Below, piece by piece: positions 26,169-40,976 of a DNA stretch of 64,000 nucleotides. Made by a program: the position numbers and the translations under genes. Numbering within the stretch: position 1 is the first letter of the stretch; every line of letters begins with the position of its first letter. The stretch is from Mytilus trossulus. Lineage: Eukaryota. Under the pieces are notes generated by a model. That model saw only the letters and a list, made by a program, of their open reading frames with translations, was not told the origin of the DNA and searched no databases. The stretch lies in the NCBI RefSeq assembly GCF_036588685.1, contig NC_086381.1, forward strand, positions 41,106,001 to 41,170,000, read 5' to 3'.

Positions 26169-27142
26169 GTTAGGTAATCAAAACAACTAGACAATGGGAG
26201 GAAACACTCTAGTTTGGGCATACAGAAACAAGAAAAATAGGAGGGTGAATAACAGTTAGGTAATCAAAACAACTAGACCATGGGAGGAAACACTCTAGTT
26301 TGGGCATTACAGAAACAAGTTAAAATAGGAGGGTGAATAACAGTTAGGTAATCAAAACAACTAGACAATAGGAGGAAACACTCTAGTTTGGGCATTACAG
26401 AAACAAGTTAAAATAGGAGGGTGAATAACAGTTAGGTAATCAAAACAACTAGACAATAGGAGGAAACTCTCTAGTTTGGGCATTACAGAAACAAGTTAAA
26501 ATAGGAGGGTGAATAACAGTTAGGTAATCAAAACAACTAGACCATGGGAGGAAACACTCTAGTTTGGGCATTACAGAAACAAGTTAAAATAGGAGGGTGA
26601 ATAACAGTTAGGTAATCAAAACAACTAGACAATAGGAGGAAACTCTCTAGTTTGGGCATTACAGAAACAAGTTAAAATAGGAGGGTGAATAACAGTTAGG
26701 TAATCAAAACAACTAGACAATAGGAGGAAACTCTCTAGTTTGGGCATTACAGAAACAAGTTAAAATAGGAGGGTGAATAACAGTTAGGTAATCAAAACAA
26801 CTAGACAATGGGAGGAAACACTCTAGTTTGGGCATTACAGAAACAAGAAAAAATAGGAGGGTGAATAACAGTTAGGTAATCAAAACAACTAGACAATAGG
26901 AGGAAACTCTCTAGTTTGGGCATTACAGAAACAAGTTAAAATAGGAGGGTGAATAACAGTTAGGTAATCAAAACAACTAGACAATAGGAGGAAACTCTCT
27001 AGTTTGGGCATTACAGAAACAAGTTAAAATAGGAGGGTGAATAACAGTTAGGTAATCAAAACAACTAGACAATGGGAGGAAACACTCTAGTTTGGACATT
27101 ACAGAAACAAGTTAAAATAGGAGGGTGAATAACAGTTAGGTG
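26169..27142 (+). repeat. 88-bp tandem repeat, ~11 near-identical copies
   Basis: Unit gttaggtaatcaaaacaactagacaataggaggaaactctctagtttgggcattacagaaacaagttaaaataggagggtgaataaca. Confidence 0.95.
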
Positions 27143-27339
27143 ATCACATAAAGAAGACAATAATGGAGGGTCAACTAGAGTTACCGTCTTGAACCTGGCT
27201 CTAATCAGCGACCTCTCAATCTTCCTTATGCAGATAGAGAAATTTTAGTTGCTATTGTTTTTATTGGCTCCTTTCATTGTATTAATTTTTAGTATCACTT
27301 ATTATCTGTAAACCTCAAAATGCCAAGGGAAAATGATAA

Positions 27340-27632
27340 CCTTATTTGGCAAAAAGTAACCAACAAAATATAGCACAGTAATGAGTAATAACTATATCAG
27401 ACTCCCTTTTCAAATTTGTAACATTTACACAACAAATACTATTTATAGAAGTTTGTATACATATATGGTGAATCTTAGACTAATTTACTAATTTTTTTTT
27501 AACAATTTGATACTTAATTTGTCAATGATGGGTCATACCAATAAAACATGACATGACAAATGAGTTCAGAGGTCAACTGAATAAGCATTTATTTATTAGC
27601 AGTAATATCCACTTAAAGTTGTAGAAACTAAG
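27340..27632 (+). promoter_or_regulatory. Putative promoter and non-coding first exon of A2 (donor after 27632, acceptor at 28596)
   Basis: Homologous to 1280..1537; strong aag|gtaagt donor. Confidence 0.55.
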
Positions 27633-28227
27633 GTAAGTTAGATTCTGTACATTATATTTCTTAAATGAATGTTTTAAATAAACTAAATCTTTATTATATC
27701 TGTATTTAAACTAAAATGTATCACTAATCAACCATTTTTTAAATATTTTTCTAAATGTCTCCTACTATAAAAAAAAAAAATCAAATCAAATTAGCATAGT
27801 TTTTATTTTATAAAAAAATAAATATAGCAGCATTACCTGTGATATTTTAAAAAGTTGTCAATTTTAAGTTCTTATAACTTTTTTTCAAATGTAGTGGCAA
27901 AATGTCCATATGGATGTCCATAAAACAGAACATTGTGTCCCCCTCACCATATATTCATGTGACTAACATATAAGACAATGTAAAAAACATGATTATATCA
28001 TTAAAGTGGAAACACATATTTATACATGATAGTCCAATGCTTTAAATATTTCCAAGTTTAATTTCTTTAATCTTTGTAATTTGTCAATTTACATTAAAAT
28101 AGATAACTATGCCAAATAAAAGTGACTTTCCCTCAGATTGGTAGAGTACAACTAAAAGTACTTTTCAAGTAGAAGTACTAGGATAAGGTTTATCTCTTTA
28201 GGAAAACTTAATCCAGCTAATACATGT

Positions 28228-28437
28228 ACTGTGGATTCATTTAATTTCGTGGGTACCAATTTTCGTGGATTATGGAAAACTTGCAAGTTCGTGGACATTT
28301 CATTTCGTGGTTTTGCTGATGTCTACATACAAGCCTATAGAAATTTTTTTATTCGTTTAACATTTAATTTCGTGGTTCACCAGTACCCACGAAAGCCACG
28401 AAAATTGGTATCCCACAAATAATAATGAATCCACAGT
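28228..28437. mobile_element. MITE in the putative A2 5'UTR intron
   Basis: Long TIRs actgtggattcatt...ttcgtgg / ccacgaa...aatgaatccacagt. Confidence 0.8.
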
Positions 28438-28606
28438 TTTAAACTTCCATATAAAGTAGGAAAAGTATAAATAAAAGAGAATTGGGTTATTCAGCAACCC
28501 AATGACACAGTAGTCAATCTCCTATTTTTTTCTGAATAAATAAATAAATATTTTAAGAGATAATAAGATCATCCATCTTGATGTTTTATATTCCAGGTCC
28601 GCAATC

Positions 28607-31600
28607 ATGTATAAAGTCATATTTACATACCCGGCCTCCACGGATACAGACATAAACCTTTGTGTGGGAGATACTGTATCAAACGTTGAAGATGTTGGTA
28701 ACGGCTGGTCAATGGGACATAATAGGTCCACTGGTAAAACTGGCACATTTCCAACTAATTTCATTGTTAGGAAATTGTCATTCAAAGACAAGGTCAAAAG
28801 AATGTCAATGGCAAAAAAGATGACTGACGAATTAGTCCTCATGTCCAAAAACAAGAGTGAAAGTACAGAAACTTTGGTTCCACGAAACAAGGCCAAAATT
28901 CCTGATGATATCTTACAAAAAAGACTTTCTCATGTTCCTGGACATTCAAATATCATAGGTGTCAGACTTCCTAAACTGGTTCCAAAGCCAGTCAAATCCT
29001 TTGGAAAGAACTTTGTCAACAGCAGCCGTGGAGATCACAGGATCGTAAAAGGTATCTTTGGGATATTTGGAGGTTTTATTGCCTGTGGAATCCTGTTTGT
29101 TCTCTTGAGATACAGTTATGAGTATTCTCTACAAATCTCTTGCTACATAACACTAGGATTTTCCCTCCCTATATGTGCAGCATTAGCCGTGTCTACACAC
29201 ATGAGATGTATCTTTTTACTAATGGTTCCCAACTTGTTCACTGGAAAGGGACGGACTGTATTCATGTCCATTATATTCGCCCTGTTACTTGCTGGTCCTG
29301 TAGTAAACATTGTCTACAATGCAGAGCAAGCATCGCAATCAATGGCCTGCACCCAGGAACTGATCTATAACCAGACTTCCATTCTTAGAGGTCAACTAGA
29401 AGAACCAATCAGATTAATAGAGAGGAGAATTTATGAAGGCCTTGTCAAACTGAGGAACATTGCAAATTCTATCAAAAATACTATAGCACCAGTTACTGAT
29501 GCAGTAAAGGCTTTTGCTAATGGTCTCAATGCAGCTAAAAATGCACTAGAAAATGCAGCAAAGGTAACTTTTATTTACTTTAGTGAACCTCATTGATTGG
29601 AGGATCTTTGCATTTTAAGAAAAAGAGAAATGGAATAGTATTTGTCTATTTTTTATTCACAAAAAGCTTGTTAGGAAGTAGAACTGATAAACTTTTAAAC
29701 ATATATATAAATATAAGCATTGTGTATAAGATTTATAGCATTTGTTAGCTGAACTTTGGTCAGAGAATGGAAATGAAAAATAAATCAGCATTTTTTCCAT
29801 TTGTACAGAAGCATGACTGAATTTATCTTGGCTATGATAGGGGAATACAAATCATAACTTTAAGATACCAAAATATCAGCAAATGTATATAAAAAAACAT
29901 ATCATTATCATTTTTAAGATAACATCTAAGTTCTATCATATGATGACATACACTTCTTTTTTTTCCCCCCTTTCAAAACTTTCACTTTACAATTTATTTC
30001 CTAGGAATGTAGTAATGGTATTAATACTGCCCAGTCTAAATGTGAGACAGGAATAAACAATGCTAAATCTGAGTGTGAAAAAGCTCTCAAATCTGTTGAC
30101 CCTACAAAGGATATTATCAACTTTGGGAAAGATGTAGCCAATACTGGGGAATCAATAGGAAATGGTTTGCGTAGATTGTTTGGGAAAAAAAGGAAAAGAA
30201 GGAGAGCTATTACAAAGGAAGAGAAAAATGCAATAGAGTTAGCTAAACAGTTGATTGGGCAAGAATCACCCTTACAAAGATATGATATCTATCTAAAATC
30301 TAAGAATACTGAGATGATAACCAATAACACCCGACTGCATAAACAGCATTCACTGAAAAGGTAGGTTAGTCTTGAGAATAAACATAAACCACAATCCCTT
30401 ATAAAGTAGATTAGATAATAAACATGAACAACATACACTGAAATGTTAAGTTAGAATTACACAAGATTGCAACTAAAATGATACAAACAATGAAAAAATG
30501 GCTTCAAAGTTTGCTAAACAAAATAAAAATGTCTCATAATATAAGTTGAATAACAGTATTTCAGTTTAATAATGATGAACATTTAATTTTCCTTGTAGGT
30601 CAAAAAGAGGTGTTTTGCATAAGATATGTGTGGTTCTTGACATTGATGATGTTTGTAAAGTTGTCCAAGTAGCCAATGTACTTGTCTGTAAGCCTATAAA
30701 ATTCATATCCACTGTCATAGAAGGTGCAAATACTGCAGTTAATTCTGTCCTTAATGAAATCATCTCCTTCTTTTATTTTGACTTTGATGGAGATATTAGT
30801 GCAAATGGGAATATCAATTCCTCAAAAACAGCAGCACAAATCATATCCCAAGTTAAAGATGACATACAGTCTAGAACTAAATGGATTCTAACAGTATCTG
30901 GTATAGTCAGTAACATTCTCGTCATCACTCTATTGTTATTATTTCTAAAGTCAATCTTCTATCTTAAGAAGTTTCTCAGTAAGGATCGCTATGACAATAT
31001 CTACATTTCAAAGGCTTTTAAGACTTACGACCAGCAATGCAAGGCACAGGGAAAACCATCAGTTTTACCGCTGAAGAGAAAAGAATGCAGAAACTACGCT
31101 GACACTCGGTCACCATGGCTATCATCGAAAGAAATAGATCATGCTAAAACTGGTATTACTAAAATTGGAATTCATCTCTTGATAGCAACTGTAATCATTT
31201 TCTTTGACTATGTTCTTTATTTTGTTCTGATGCTTATTGATCGCTATGGTAATCTGAATATAAAAATCGGTGGCAACAGTTACCTGAATGTATCAGTAGA
31301 GGGCAGTGGATTTATTTCAGCATTTTTAAGAGCTTTCCTAAGCACTATCGAATTGGATTCAGACTTTGGAGTAGAGTTTAACCTAACAACTTGTATCCCA
31401 ACTCCCAGTAAACCAGATGACAATAATATCTACAAGTTTAGTTTTCTTTATTTCTTTGCATTTGTGTTCCTTATAATGCAGGCTTATGGTTTACGTTTAC
31501 GAAGGAAAATTGTCACATTCTTCTATCCAGAGCGAGATATTGAGAGGATAAAATATCTTTATGAGAAAATACGACACCAGAGAAAATCTCTGTTGAATTG

Positions 31601-31880
31601 GTTGACCCAGCATGTCATATCTCGGAACAAGCAATTCCATATGGAAAATCGTATAACTTTCCGTGGATGGATGGAATACCGATGTCCCATATTTGCTAAA
31701 TATTTCTGCCCTTGTCTACCTAAATATAACAGATGTATCAGCTGTGAAAATAAGGAAGATGGGAGAATTCGCTTCCATCAATGTGATAAATGTCAATCTA
31801 ATTACTGTGAGGAATGTTTTGGAGATATGAAATACATTTGTCTCATTTGTAATGCTAAATCAAACATGTCAAAAAGGTGA
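28607..31880 (+). CDS. Gene A2: single-SH3 + DC-STAMP domain protein, paralog of A1; join(28607..29563,30005..30360,30599..31880), 864 aa
   Basis: Same exon structure and phases as A1 (AAG|gtaact...tcctag|GAA; AG|gtaggt...ttgtag|G). High similarity to A1 throughout; one SH3 unit only. Confidence 0.9.
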
Positions 31881-33398
31881 CACCCCATGATTAACTATGC
31901 AACCACATGCAACATTCGGCCTTGAGCATGGATCCTTCACAAAAGTAAAGTATGTGCATTTAGTGTCATACTTATATATATATATTCTAACCAAAAAATG
32001 TACTATGATCAATAAATATGTGTGGACCAATTCTCTCTTCCTTTTAATCAAGGATCAAAAGACAATGAAATTCACTCAATGATCCTCAATAACAGACAGT
32101 GCATTCCACCTGAATAGAGACACAGCACTCACTCAATTACAGACACTGCACAAAAATAGTAACAGAAACTTCAGGTAAAAACACATCAACATGGAGACTT
32201 TGGTTTTTTTTTCTTTGTAGTTTAAAGTTTGCTTAGGTACTTCATTTGATGCCAATGAAATCATGCCAATTTTAAAGACCTTGAAGGTTGAAAAAGGGTA
32301 ACAAAAATACTAAGTATTACTTGTACCTGAACTTTTCCCTTCCAGCAATAAAAAGCTTGTGTGATTTCTCAATTTGGGATCACAGGATATGTAAATACAT
32401 AGCGAGGTAAAATCAAGTAAGGGGTATTAAATCTGACACCCATTATACATCAAAGAACCGTAGCAAGAACATCTGTGGGATCTGTATTTTCCTGACTTGA
32501 TACTGACATTGTCTTATGTAGAAAATGGTGAATTTAACCTGGTTTTATATCTAGCTAAAACTCTCACTTGAAAGACAATCGTATAAAGTTACTTTGTAGT
32601 GAAAAAGATGCGTGAACAAAACAAACAGGCTTTATAGGTAAAAATGTCCAAAATAGGGGTACAGGAGTAGACATTGTGTTATTATCATGATCACAATAAA
32701 AAAAAACCAGACATGTAATAAAGAAACCAAAAAGGCATATAGAAAAAGCCCATTAACAAAAATGAATTTGTCTCTGTTTAAATTTGTAAGGTCTTTAATT
32801 TGTATTTAAGAAATTAATAAAATACAAAATTTAATTAATATCCTGTTACAGGAAACAATACAATAGAAATACTTCAACACAGGAGTATTTTAACTAGTTG
32901 TATCCGTAGGAAATGTCTTCTTTCCTCAGGAAAGATTCACATAGTTAAAGAAAATCTATATCATTTTCGGTAAGGAGATTGTCTTTAAGGAAAAAAACCA
33001 AACAACCTGCTAGCCATGATATGAATTGATCACTTCCATAACCTATAATTATCAGAAATATGCATTACCTTATGATATGCCACTGCTGGTGGACATTACC
33101 CTCCCCTCCACATACATAATATAACAAGGCCAGTTATGTCGACACTCTTAGACTTATGACATGAAATATTATACTTTCATATTCTGAAAAGTCAGTATTT
33201 ATAAGAACACTTAAGAGAAGTTTCTCTTCCCAAAGTTATATATTGGCTTTTTCATTTTTAGCATAACATTTTGGAATTGTATTATATTTGAAGTTTCAAT
33301 TAGTATTATTTCAGCACCACTGGTGAGTCTTTTGTAGACAAAAGTACATTTGGTGCACTTATTTACAAGCCTGATATCTTTGGTAAGTCTTTTGTAAA

Positions 33399-34585
33399 AA
33401 CAAGAGGCTCTCAAGAGCCTGAATCGCTCACCTTAATTTTTTTGGTTAAATCTCTCATCAATGATTATTTTGGCTTTTCAATTTAATCCAATGTTCTTTG
33501 AATTGTCCTATTTTCTTCAACAGCCAAAAAAAAAATCATTTTCTCCTATGTTCTATTTCAGCCATAGGAGCTATGGTTCTTGACATACAACAAGGAAATA
33601 AAATATAAAATTTATACTAGATACTCTGAAACTCATTTAGCCTAAGTTTGGCTAAAATTGATACAGCAGTTTCAAAGGAGAAGATTTTTTAAAGTAAGTC
33701 AACATGATGAACAAATTGTGAAAAAAGTCTTTAAAGGGCAATAACTCCTTAAGGGGTCAATTGACAATTTTGGTCATGTTGACTTATTTGAAGCTCTTAC
33801 TTTGCTGAACATTATTGCTGTTTACAGTTTATCTGTATCTATAATAATATTCAAGATAATAAACAAAAACAGCAAAATTTCCGTAAAATTATCAATTCAG
33901 GGGCAGCAACCCAACAACAGGTTGTCTGATTCATCTGAAAATTTTAGAGCAGATAGATCTTGACCTGATAAACATGATACCCATGTCAGATTTGCTCTAA
34001 ATGCTTTGGTTTTTGAGTTATAAGCCAAAAACTGCATTTGACCCCTATGTTCTATTTTTAGCAATGGCGACCATGTTTGTTGATAGATCATAACTTCGGA
34101 TACACTTTATAAACTAGATACCCTAAGGAACATTCAGTTAAAGTTTGGAAGTATTTGGCCCAGTAGTTTCAGAGGAGAAGATTTTTGTAAAAGATTACTA
34201 AGATTTACGAAAAATGGTTAAAAATTGACTATAAAGGGCAATAACTCCTAAAGGGGTCAACTGACCATTTCGGTCATGTTGACTTATTTGTAAATCTTAC
34301 TTTGCTGAACATTATTGCTGTTTACAGTTTATCTCTATCTATAATAATATTCAAGATAATAACCAAAAACAGCAAAATTTCCTTAAAATTACCAATTCAG
34401 GGGCAGCAACCCAACAAAGGGTTGTCTGATTCATCTGAAAACATTCAGTTAAAGTTTGGAAGTATTTGGCCAAGTAGTTTCAGAGGAGAAGATTCTTGAA
34501 ATAGTTTACGACGACAGACGACGGATGACAACGGACGCCAAGTGATGGCATAAGCTCACTTGGCCCTTCGGGCCAGGTGAGCTAA
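33399..34585 (+). mobile_element. Helentron-like non-autonomous element, family 2, inserted in the 61-bp satellite
   Basis: aacaagaggctctcaagagcctga start, internal duplicated cores, (gac)n microsatellite, terminal hairpin agctcacttggcccttcgggccaggtgagct. Confidence 0.75.
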
Positions 34586-36149
34586 AAATAAATTTGGTGC
34601 ACTAAATTATAAGCCTGATATCTATGGTTAGTCCTATGAAGGTAAAAAGTACATTTAGTGCAATAAATCATAAGCCTCAAATCTTTGGTGAGTCTTGTAG
34701 ACAAAAAGTACATTTGGTGCATTAAATCATTTATAAGCCTGATATCTTTGGTTAGTCATTTGTTGACAACAAGTACATTTGGTGCACTAAATCATAAGCC
34801 TGGTATCTTTGGTGAATCTTTTGTAGACAAAAAGTACATATGGTGCATTAAATCATAAGCCTGATATCTTTGGTTAGTCATTTATTGACAAAAATTATAA
34901 GCCTGGTATCTTTGGCGAGTCATTTGTAGACAAAAGAACATTTGATGCTCTTAATTATAAGCCTGATATCTGTTCTGAGGTTTTTGTACACAAAAAGTAT
35001 GTTTGGTGTACAAAATCATAAGACTGATATCTTTGGTTAGTATTTGGAAACAAAAAGAACATTTGAAGTGCTTAATTATAAGCCAGGTATCTTTGGTTAG
35101 TTTTTTGTAGACAAAAAGGACATTTGGTGTTCTAAATTATAAGCCAGGTATCTTTGGTTATTCTTTTGTAGACAAAAAGTACATTGGGTGCACTAAATTA
35201 TAAGCTTGGCTTCTTTGGCGAGTCTTTTGTAGACCAACAGTACATTGGGTATACTAAATTATAAGCCTGATATCTTTGGTTAGTCTATTGTAAACAAAAA
35301 GAACATTTGGAGTACTAAATTATAAGCCTGGTATCTTTGGTGAGTCTTTTGTAGACAAAAAGTACATTTGATGCACTAAATTATAAGCCAGGTATCTTTG
35401 GTTAGTCTATTGTAAACAAACAGAACATTTGGAGTACTAAATTATAAGCCTGGTATCTTTTTTGAGTCTTTTGTAGACAAAAAGTACATTTGATGCACTA
35501 AATTATAAGCCAGGTATCTTTGGTTAGTCTATTGTAGACAAAAAGAACATTTGATGCACTAAATTATACACCTGGTATCTGTGGTGAGTCTTTTGTAGAC
35601 AAAAAATACATTTGGAGTACTAAATTATAAGCCTGGTATCTTTGGTGAGTCTTTTGTACACAAAAAGAACATTTGGTGTACTAAATTATAAGCCTGGCAT
35701 CTTTGGTGAGTCTTTTGTACACAAAAAGCATATTTGGAGTACTAAATTATAAGCCTGGTATCTTTGGTGAGTCTTTTGTAGAGAAAAAGTACATTTGGAG
35801 TACTAAATTATAAGCCTGGTATCTTTGGTGAGTCTTTTGTACACAAAAAGTACATTTGGAGTACTAAATTATAAGCCTGGTATCTTTGGTGAGTCTTTTG
35901 TACACAAAAAGTACATTTGGAGTACTAAATAATAAGCCTGGTATCTTTGGTGAGTCTTTTGTAGACAAAAAGTACATTTGGAGTACTAAATTATAAGCCT
36001 GGTATCTTTTGTGAGTCTTTTGTACACAAAAAGTACGTTTGGAGTACTAAATTATAAGCTTGATATCTTTGGCGAGTCTTTTGTAGAAAAAAAGAACATT
36101 TGGTGCTCTAAATTATAAGCCCATACCCGTAGCCAGGGGGGGTTCGGAC

Positions 36150-39100
36150 TGTTAACTACTGTGTTTTCTATTATTTTGTTTATATTATTTTCAGGTACAT
36201 GTTACTTGGTGGGTTTAGTTTATAGTTTAGTAAAGACATTAGAATAGACAATAGAATTATATTGAAGCCATAAATAGCCAATCAACAGTGGTAGCAGAGC
36301 TTATAAAGATGGCAACAGCACCTAGTTACAAGAACCCACCAGGTTTGACCAAAGATAAAAGTTATCAACAATGGAAAAATGAAGTTAAAATGTGGCAACT
36401 CGTGACCGATCTTGACAAGAAGAAGAGAGGTTTGGCTTTAGCTTTGTCGCTACAAGGAAAACCAAGGGAAGTAGCCCTAGAAGTAGATCCCACTGATTTA
36501 AATGTTGATGAAGGAGTAGATAAGCTGATAACTGAGTTGGACAAGCTTTTTGAGAAGGATAAAATAGATCAGGCTTATGCTGCATATACTGTATTTGATA
36601 AGTTCCACAGAATAGATGATTTAAGCATGTCTGATTATATCATTGAGTTTGAGCAGAGATACAATAAATGTAAGAAATATGAAATGGTACTCCCAGATGC
36701 AATTTTAGCTTTTAAACTTCTTGACAATGCTGGGTTAAGTCAAAGTAATCGTCAGCTGGCATTAACTGCATGTTCTGACCTTAAATTCGACACAATGAAA
36801 TCTGCTTTGAATAGGATATTTGCATCAAAATCTCAAAATTTTCCTGGAGAACAAGACTCTGTTGTAACTGTTAAAGAAGAATCAGCTTTTGTCAGTGATG
36901 GGTATTATCAGAGAGGTCGAAGTTCAAGAAGAAATTTTCCTCGTAATCGAGCTGATAGATCAACCAACTCTAGTAGACTTAAGACAAAAATGAATCCAGT
37001 CTTTAATGGAAATGTCTCAAGATGTAAAATATGTGATTCCAAATTTCATTGGGTCAAGGATTGTCCTCACAAGCAGCTCGATGTGAATTTAACAGAACAT
37101 GAGAGTGATGAGTTAAATGAAATTGTAAATATAACATTATTAACCTCTGCACAAGAATTTAAGCCTCTAACAGTGTTTGTCGCAGAAGCCTACAATGCTG
37201 CAGTTATTGATACTGCATGTTCCAAGACAGTGTGTGGTTCTAAATGGTTATATGAATTTGTAGAATCACTTGATCCAGGACTTGATCAACTTACTTGTAA
37301 TGAAAGTCATGTACCATTCAAATTTGGTGATGGACAAACAGTATATTCATATCAGAAAGTGAAAATTCCAGCACTAATTGGGTCAGTTAAGTGCTCAATT
37401 GAAACAGAAGTGGTGGATTGTGAAATACCGTTATTGTTAAGTAAAACCTCTCTGAAAAGAGCAAGCACTATCCTAGATCTCAGAAATGACAAGGTTACCA
37501 TGTTTGGACAGTTAGTGGATGTAAACCTAACTTCAAGTGGTCATTACTGTATCAACATTAAAGACAAGCAATGCACGAACAGAAATAAGAATGAGAGTGA
37601 GGAGGTTTTGATCATTGACACAAAATTACCTTTTAAGAAGAAAAAGGAGATTCTTTTAAAGTTGCATAAGCAGTTTGGACATGCATCATCAGATAAACTT
37701 TTATCCCTGTTACAAAGTGCTGGTTCTGTTGATTCTGAAACAAAGACCATTCTTAAAGATATCTGCACAAAGTGTTTAATTTGCCATAAGTTCAAGCATC
37801 CAAAAGCTAAACCAGTGGTTGCCTTTTCACATGCAAATGATTTCAATCAAATTGTGGCAATGGACCTTCATGAAATTGACCATAACTTTTATTATCTACA
37901 TGTTATTGACTTATTCAGCAGATTGAGTGCAGCTGCAATCATCAGAAGAAAGGACTCTAAAGTCATTGTAGATAAGTTCATGCAGATATGGGTGGGCGTT
38001 TATGGAGCACCTGAAGTTGGTGTTTACACAGATAATGGAGGTGAATTTAATTCACAGATATTTAGAGACATGGCAGAAAACTTAAACATGTCAGTTAAAA
38101 CAACAGCAGGATATAGTCCTTGGTCCAATGGTGTAGTAGAAAGACAAAACGCAACGCTTACAGAAACAATCAATAAAATGAGAGAAAGCTCTAACCTTTC
38201 ATGGGAGACTTCCGTCAGTTGGGCAGTCCATGCTAAGAACAGTTTGTTGAATGTCTATGGCTACAGTCCATATCAAATAGTTTTTGGAAGGAACCCAAAC
38301 ATGCCAACGTCTATAGTTAACAAGCCTCCTGCATTAGAAGGTACAACAATTAGTAATATTATGGGAAAGCATTTAGTTGGCTTACATGAAGCTAGAAAAG
38401 CATTTATTGCCGCAGAATCCTCTGAGAAAGTAAGAAGGGCACTACGTAAGCAAATCCGGCCTTCAGGAGAAAAATTCAAAAATGGTGACAAAGTTTTCTT
38501 CCTCCGAGACAATCAGTGGAAAGGACCAGGCTGGGTAATTGGTCAAGATAACGTAGTTGTTTTTGTAAGATATGGAGGTACATATGTCCGTGTACATGAA
38601 AGTAGATTAAAAAGAGACATTGATGTTGAAGGAAAACAAAAGATTATTCATAAGCATACAGCAAAGTCAACTCCTGTGCGTAAGCCTCAAGCTGCAACAT
38701 ATAACAACACTGAACCAGATCATGACTTAGTATACTATGAGAGTGACGATGAAGAGCCTCATCAAAATGATACTGAGAATGATGAAAATCAAGAAAATGT
38801 TGAAGAATCTGCAGACGAAAGTGCTGATCAAGATGATAGTCATGCTGGTAGCTTGAATGGTAGTTTGAATGGTGAAGATGGTCATGAATCTGAAGGGAGA
38901 GACAGTTTTGATTTGGAAAATCCGGCAGATAATGATATACATGAGGAAAGTATGGAACATAATCCTGAGTCCCAGGAAAATGATTGTATGAAATTAAAGA
39001 AGGATCAGATAGTGAATTTTAAAATCCCTGGTGAAAATGACACAAGAGAAGCAATAATTTTAGGCAGGGCAGGAAAAGCTACAACTGTTAAAAAGAGCTG

Positions 39101-40976
39101 GTACAATATAGAATACAATCAGCCAGAAAATATGAGAGGTGATCAGATATCAATTGATCTAAGAACAGTCAATGATTTGAAAGTTGTTAACCAGTCAGAT
39201 GAAATGAATGAAGATGTATTTTTAAGCGATATTGATTTTACTGAGGCTAGAGAGGCAGAACTGGATAACTGGAGAAAGCACAATGTTTTTGAAGAAGTTG
39301 AAGACAATGGTCAAAACTGTATTTCAACAAGATGGGTTTACACTATGAAAGAATTAGAGAACGAATTTCATAGAAAAGCTAGATTGGTAGCAAAAGGTTT
39401 TGAAGAAGACAGTCTAGATGAAATACCAAAGAATTCACCAACATGTGAAAAGCAGTCTCTACGACTAATTTTATCAATTATTGCTAGTAAAAGATGGTCA
39501 ATTAATTCTGTGGACATTAAAACTGCTTTTCTTCAAGGAGAGAAAATGCAAAGAGAAGTCTACTTGAGACCTCCTAAAGAAGTTAAAGCAACTGGTAAAG
39601 TCTGGCGCCTTAACAAATGTGTATATGGTCTTGTTGATGCATCCTTAAAGTGGTATGAAAAAGTTAAAGCAACATTGCTAGATTGTGGAGGAACAGTGTC
39701 CAAAATTGATTCAGCAGTTTTTTATTGGTATAATGAAAAAGGTTTGACTGGTGTCCTAGCAGTTCATGTAGATGACTTTCTTTGGGCAGGATCCAGTACC
39801 TTTGAGAAAAGTGTTGTGTCCAGAATTAGGGATATGTTCAAGGTAGGGAAAGAATCCTGTGAGTCTTTCAAATATTTAGGTCTTGACCTCAGCCAAGAAA
39901 ATGAAACTATTGTTCTCAGCCAGCAAGACTATGTCAGAATGTTGAAGACTGTTTCAATAGATAAAGACAGAGTTAAAACATCTCCTCTTTCATCATCAGA
40001 ACAGACACTATTGAGGTCAAAAATAGGACAATTATTATGGTTAGCAAGACAAACACGTCCAGACATTGCGTTTGATGTTGCTGCTATTTCATCAAAAATT
40101 AAGTCTAGCACTATTGAAGATCTAAAGAAAGTCAATAAAATAATTAGGAAGGTGCAAAACGATCCCGTTTCACTGCAATTCCAGAATCTTGGACATGATG
40201 TGAAATTTATGTTGTTCAGTGATGCATCATTTGGAAATCTTCCAGATGGTGGAAGTCAGGGTGGTTATGTTGTGTTTTTGATGGGCGATGATGGTAAAGT
40301 GAAACCCTATCACTTGGCAGTCTAAGAAATTAAGAAGGGTTGTACGTAGTACTTTGGCAAGTGAAGCCTTGGCCTTAGCTGATGGTGTGGACTGTGTTAT
40401 ATCTTTAGCAGCTCTGTTTAAGGAATTAATGCACAATGAGAACGATTTGATGCATACTCCAGTAGATTGTTTCGTTGACAACAAAGACCTTTATCATGCA
40501 ATATACTCTGATAAACCTGTTGGAGAAAAGAGATTGAGGGTGGAGATCAATGCAATAAAGCAATTACTTCAAGGTGGAGAGCTTAAAGAAGTTAAATGGA
40601 TTCAGACAAATGAACAAATCGCCAATGTTCTTACAAAGCATGGTGCTTCTGGACAAGACATCTTACGTTGTTTTGAAAAAGGACTTTTGAATTCAAGCCT
40701 TTTGTAATTAGTGCAACTGACAATAAAAAAAAGGAGAAAAGATCAGATAAATACTTGATACTATGACATTTTAATTGCCTTCATTTTTATTTTTATTTGG
40801 ACATTAACATTTCTAGTGAAAAGAGAAAAGGATTAGATTGTTAACTACTGTGTTTTCTATTATTTTGTTTATATTATTTTCAGGTACATGTTACTTGGTG
40901 GGTTTAGTTTATAGTTTAGTAAAGACATTAGAATAGACAATAGAATTATATTGAAGCCATAAATAGCCAATCAACA
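36150..40976 (+). mobile_element. Full-length Ty1/copia LTR retrotransposon, GalEa-clade-like
   Basis: Identical 138-bp LTRs (36150..36287, 40839..40976; TGTT...AACA). 5-bp TSD CGGAC. PBS TGGTAGCAGAGC (complementary to the initiator Met tRNA 3' end). PPT gaaaagagaaaagga before the 3' LTR. Domain order Gag-PR-IN-RT-RH. Confidence 0.95.
36309..40707 (+). CDS. Gag-Pol polyprotein of the copia element, with one +1 frameshift at ~40302-40304 in RNase H
   Basis: Zn knuckle CKICDSKFHWVKDC; protease AVIDTAC; integrase HKQFGH..C..C, MDL, TDNGGEF, VER; RT KARLVAKGF, VDIKTAFLQG, HVDD; RNase H SDAS. Removing one A from gtgaaaccct restores NPITWQSKKLRRVVRSTLASEALAL and joins ORF 40354..40707. Confidence 0.9.

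Noticed and set aside
40295-40330. Programmed ribosomal frameshift in copia pol
   Set aside because: There is no canonical slippery heptamer, and the position inside RNase H is atypical; a simple indel is more likely.
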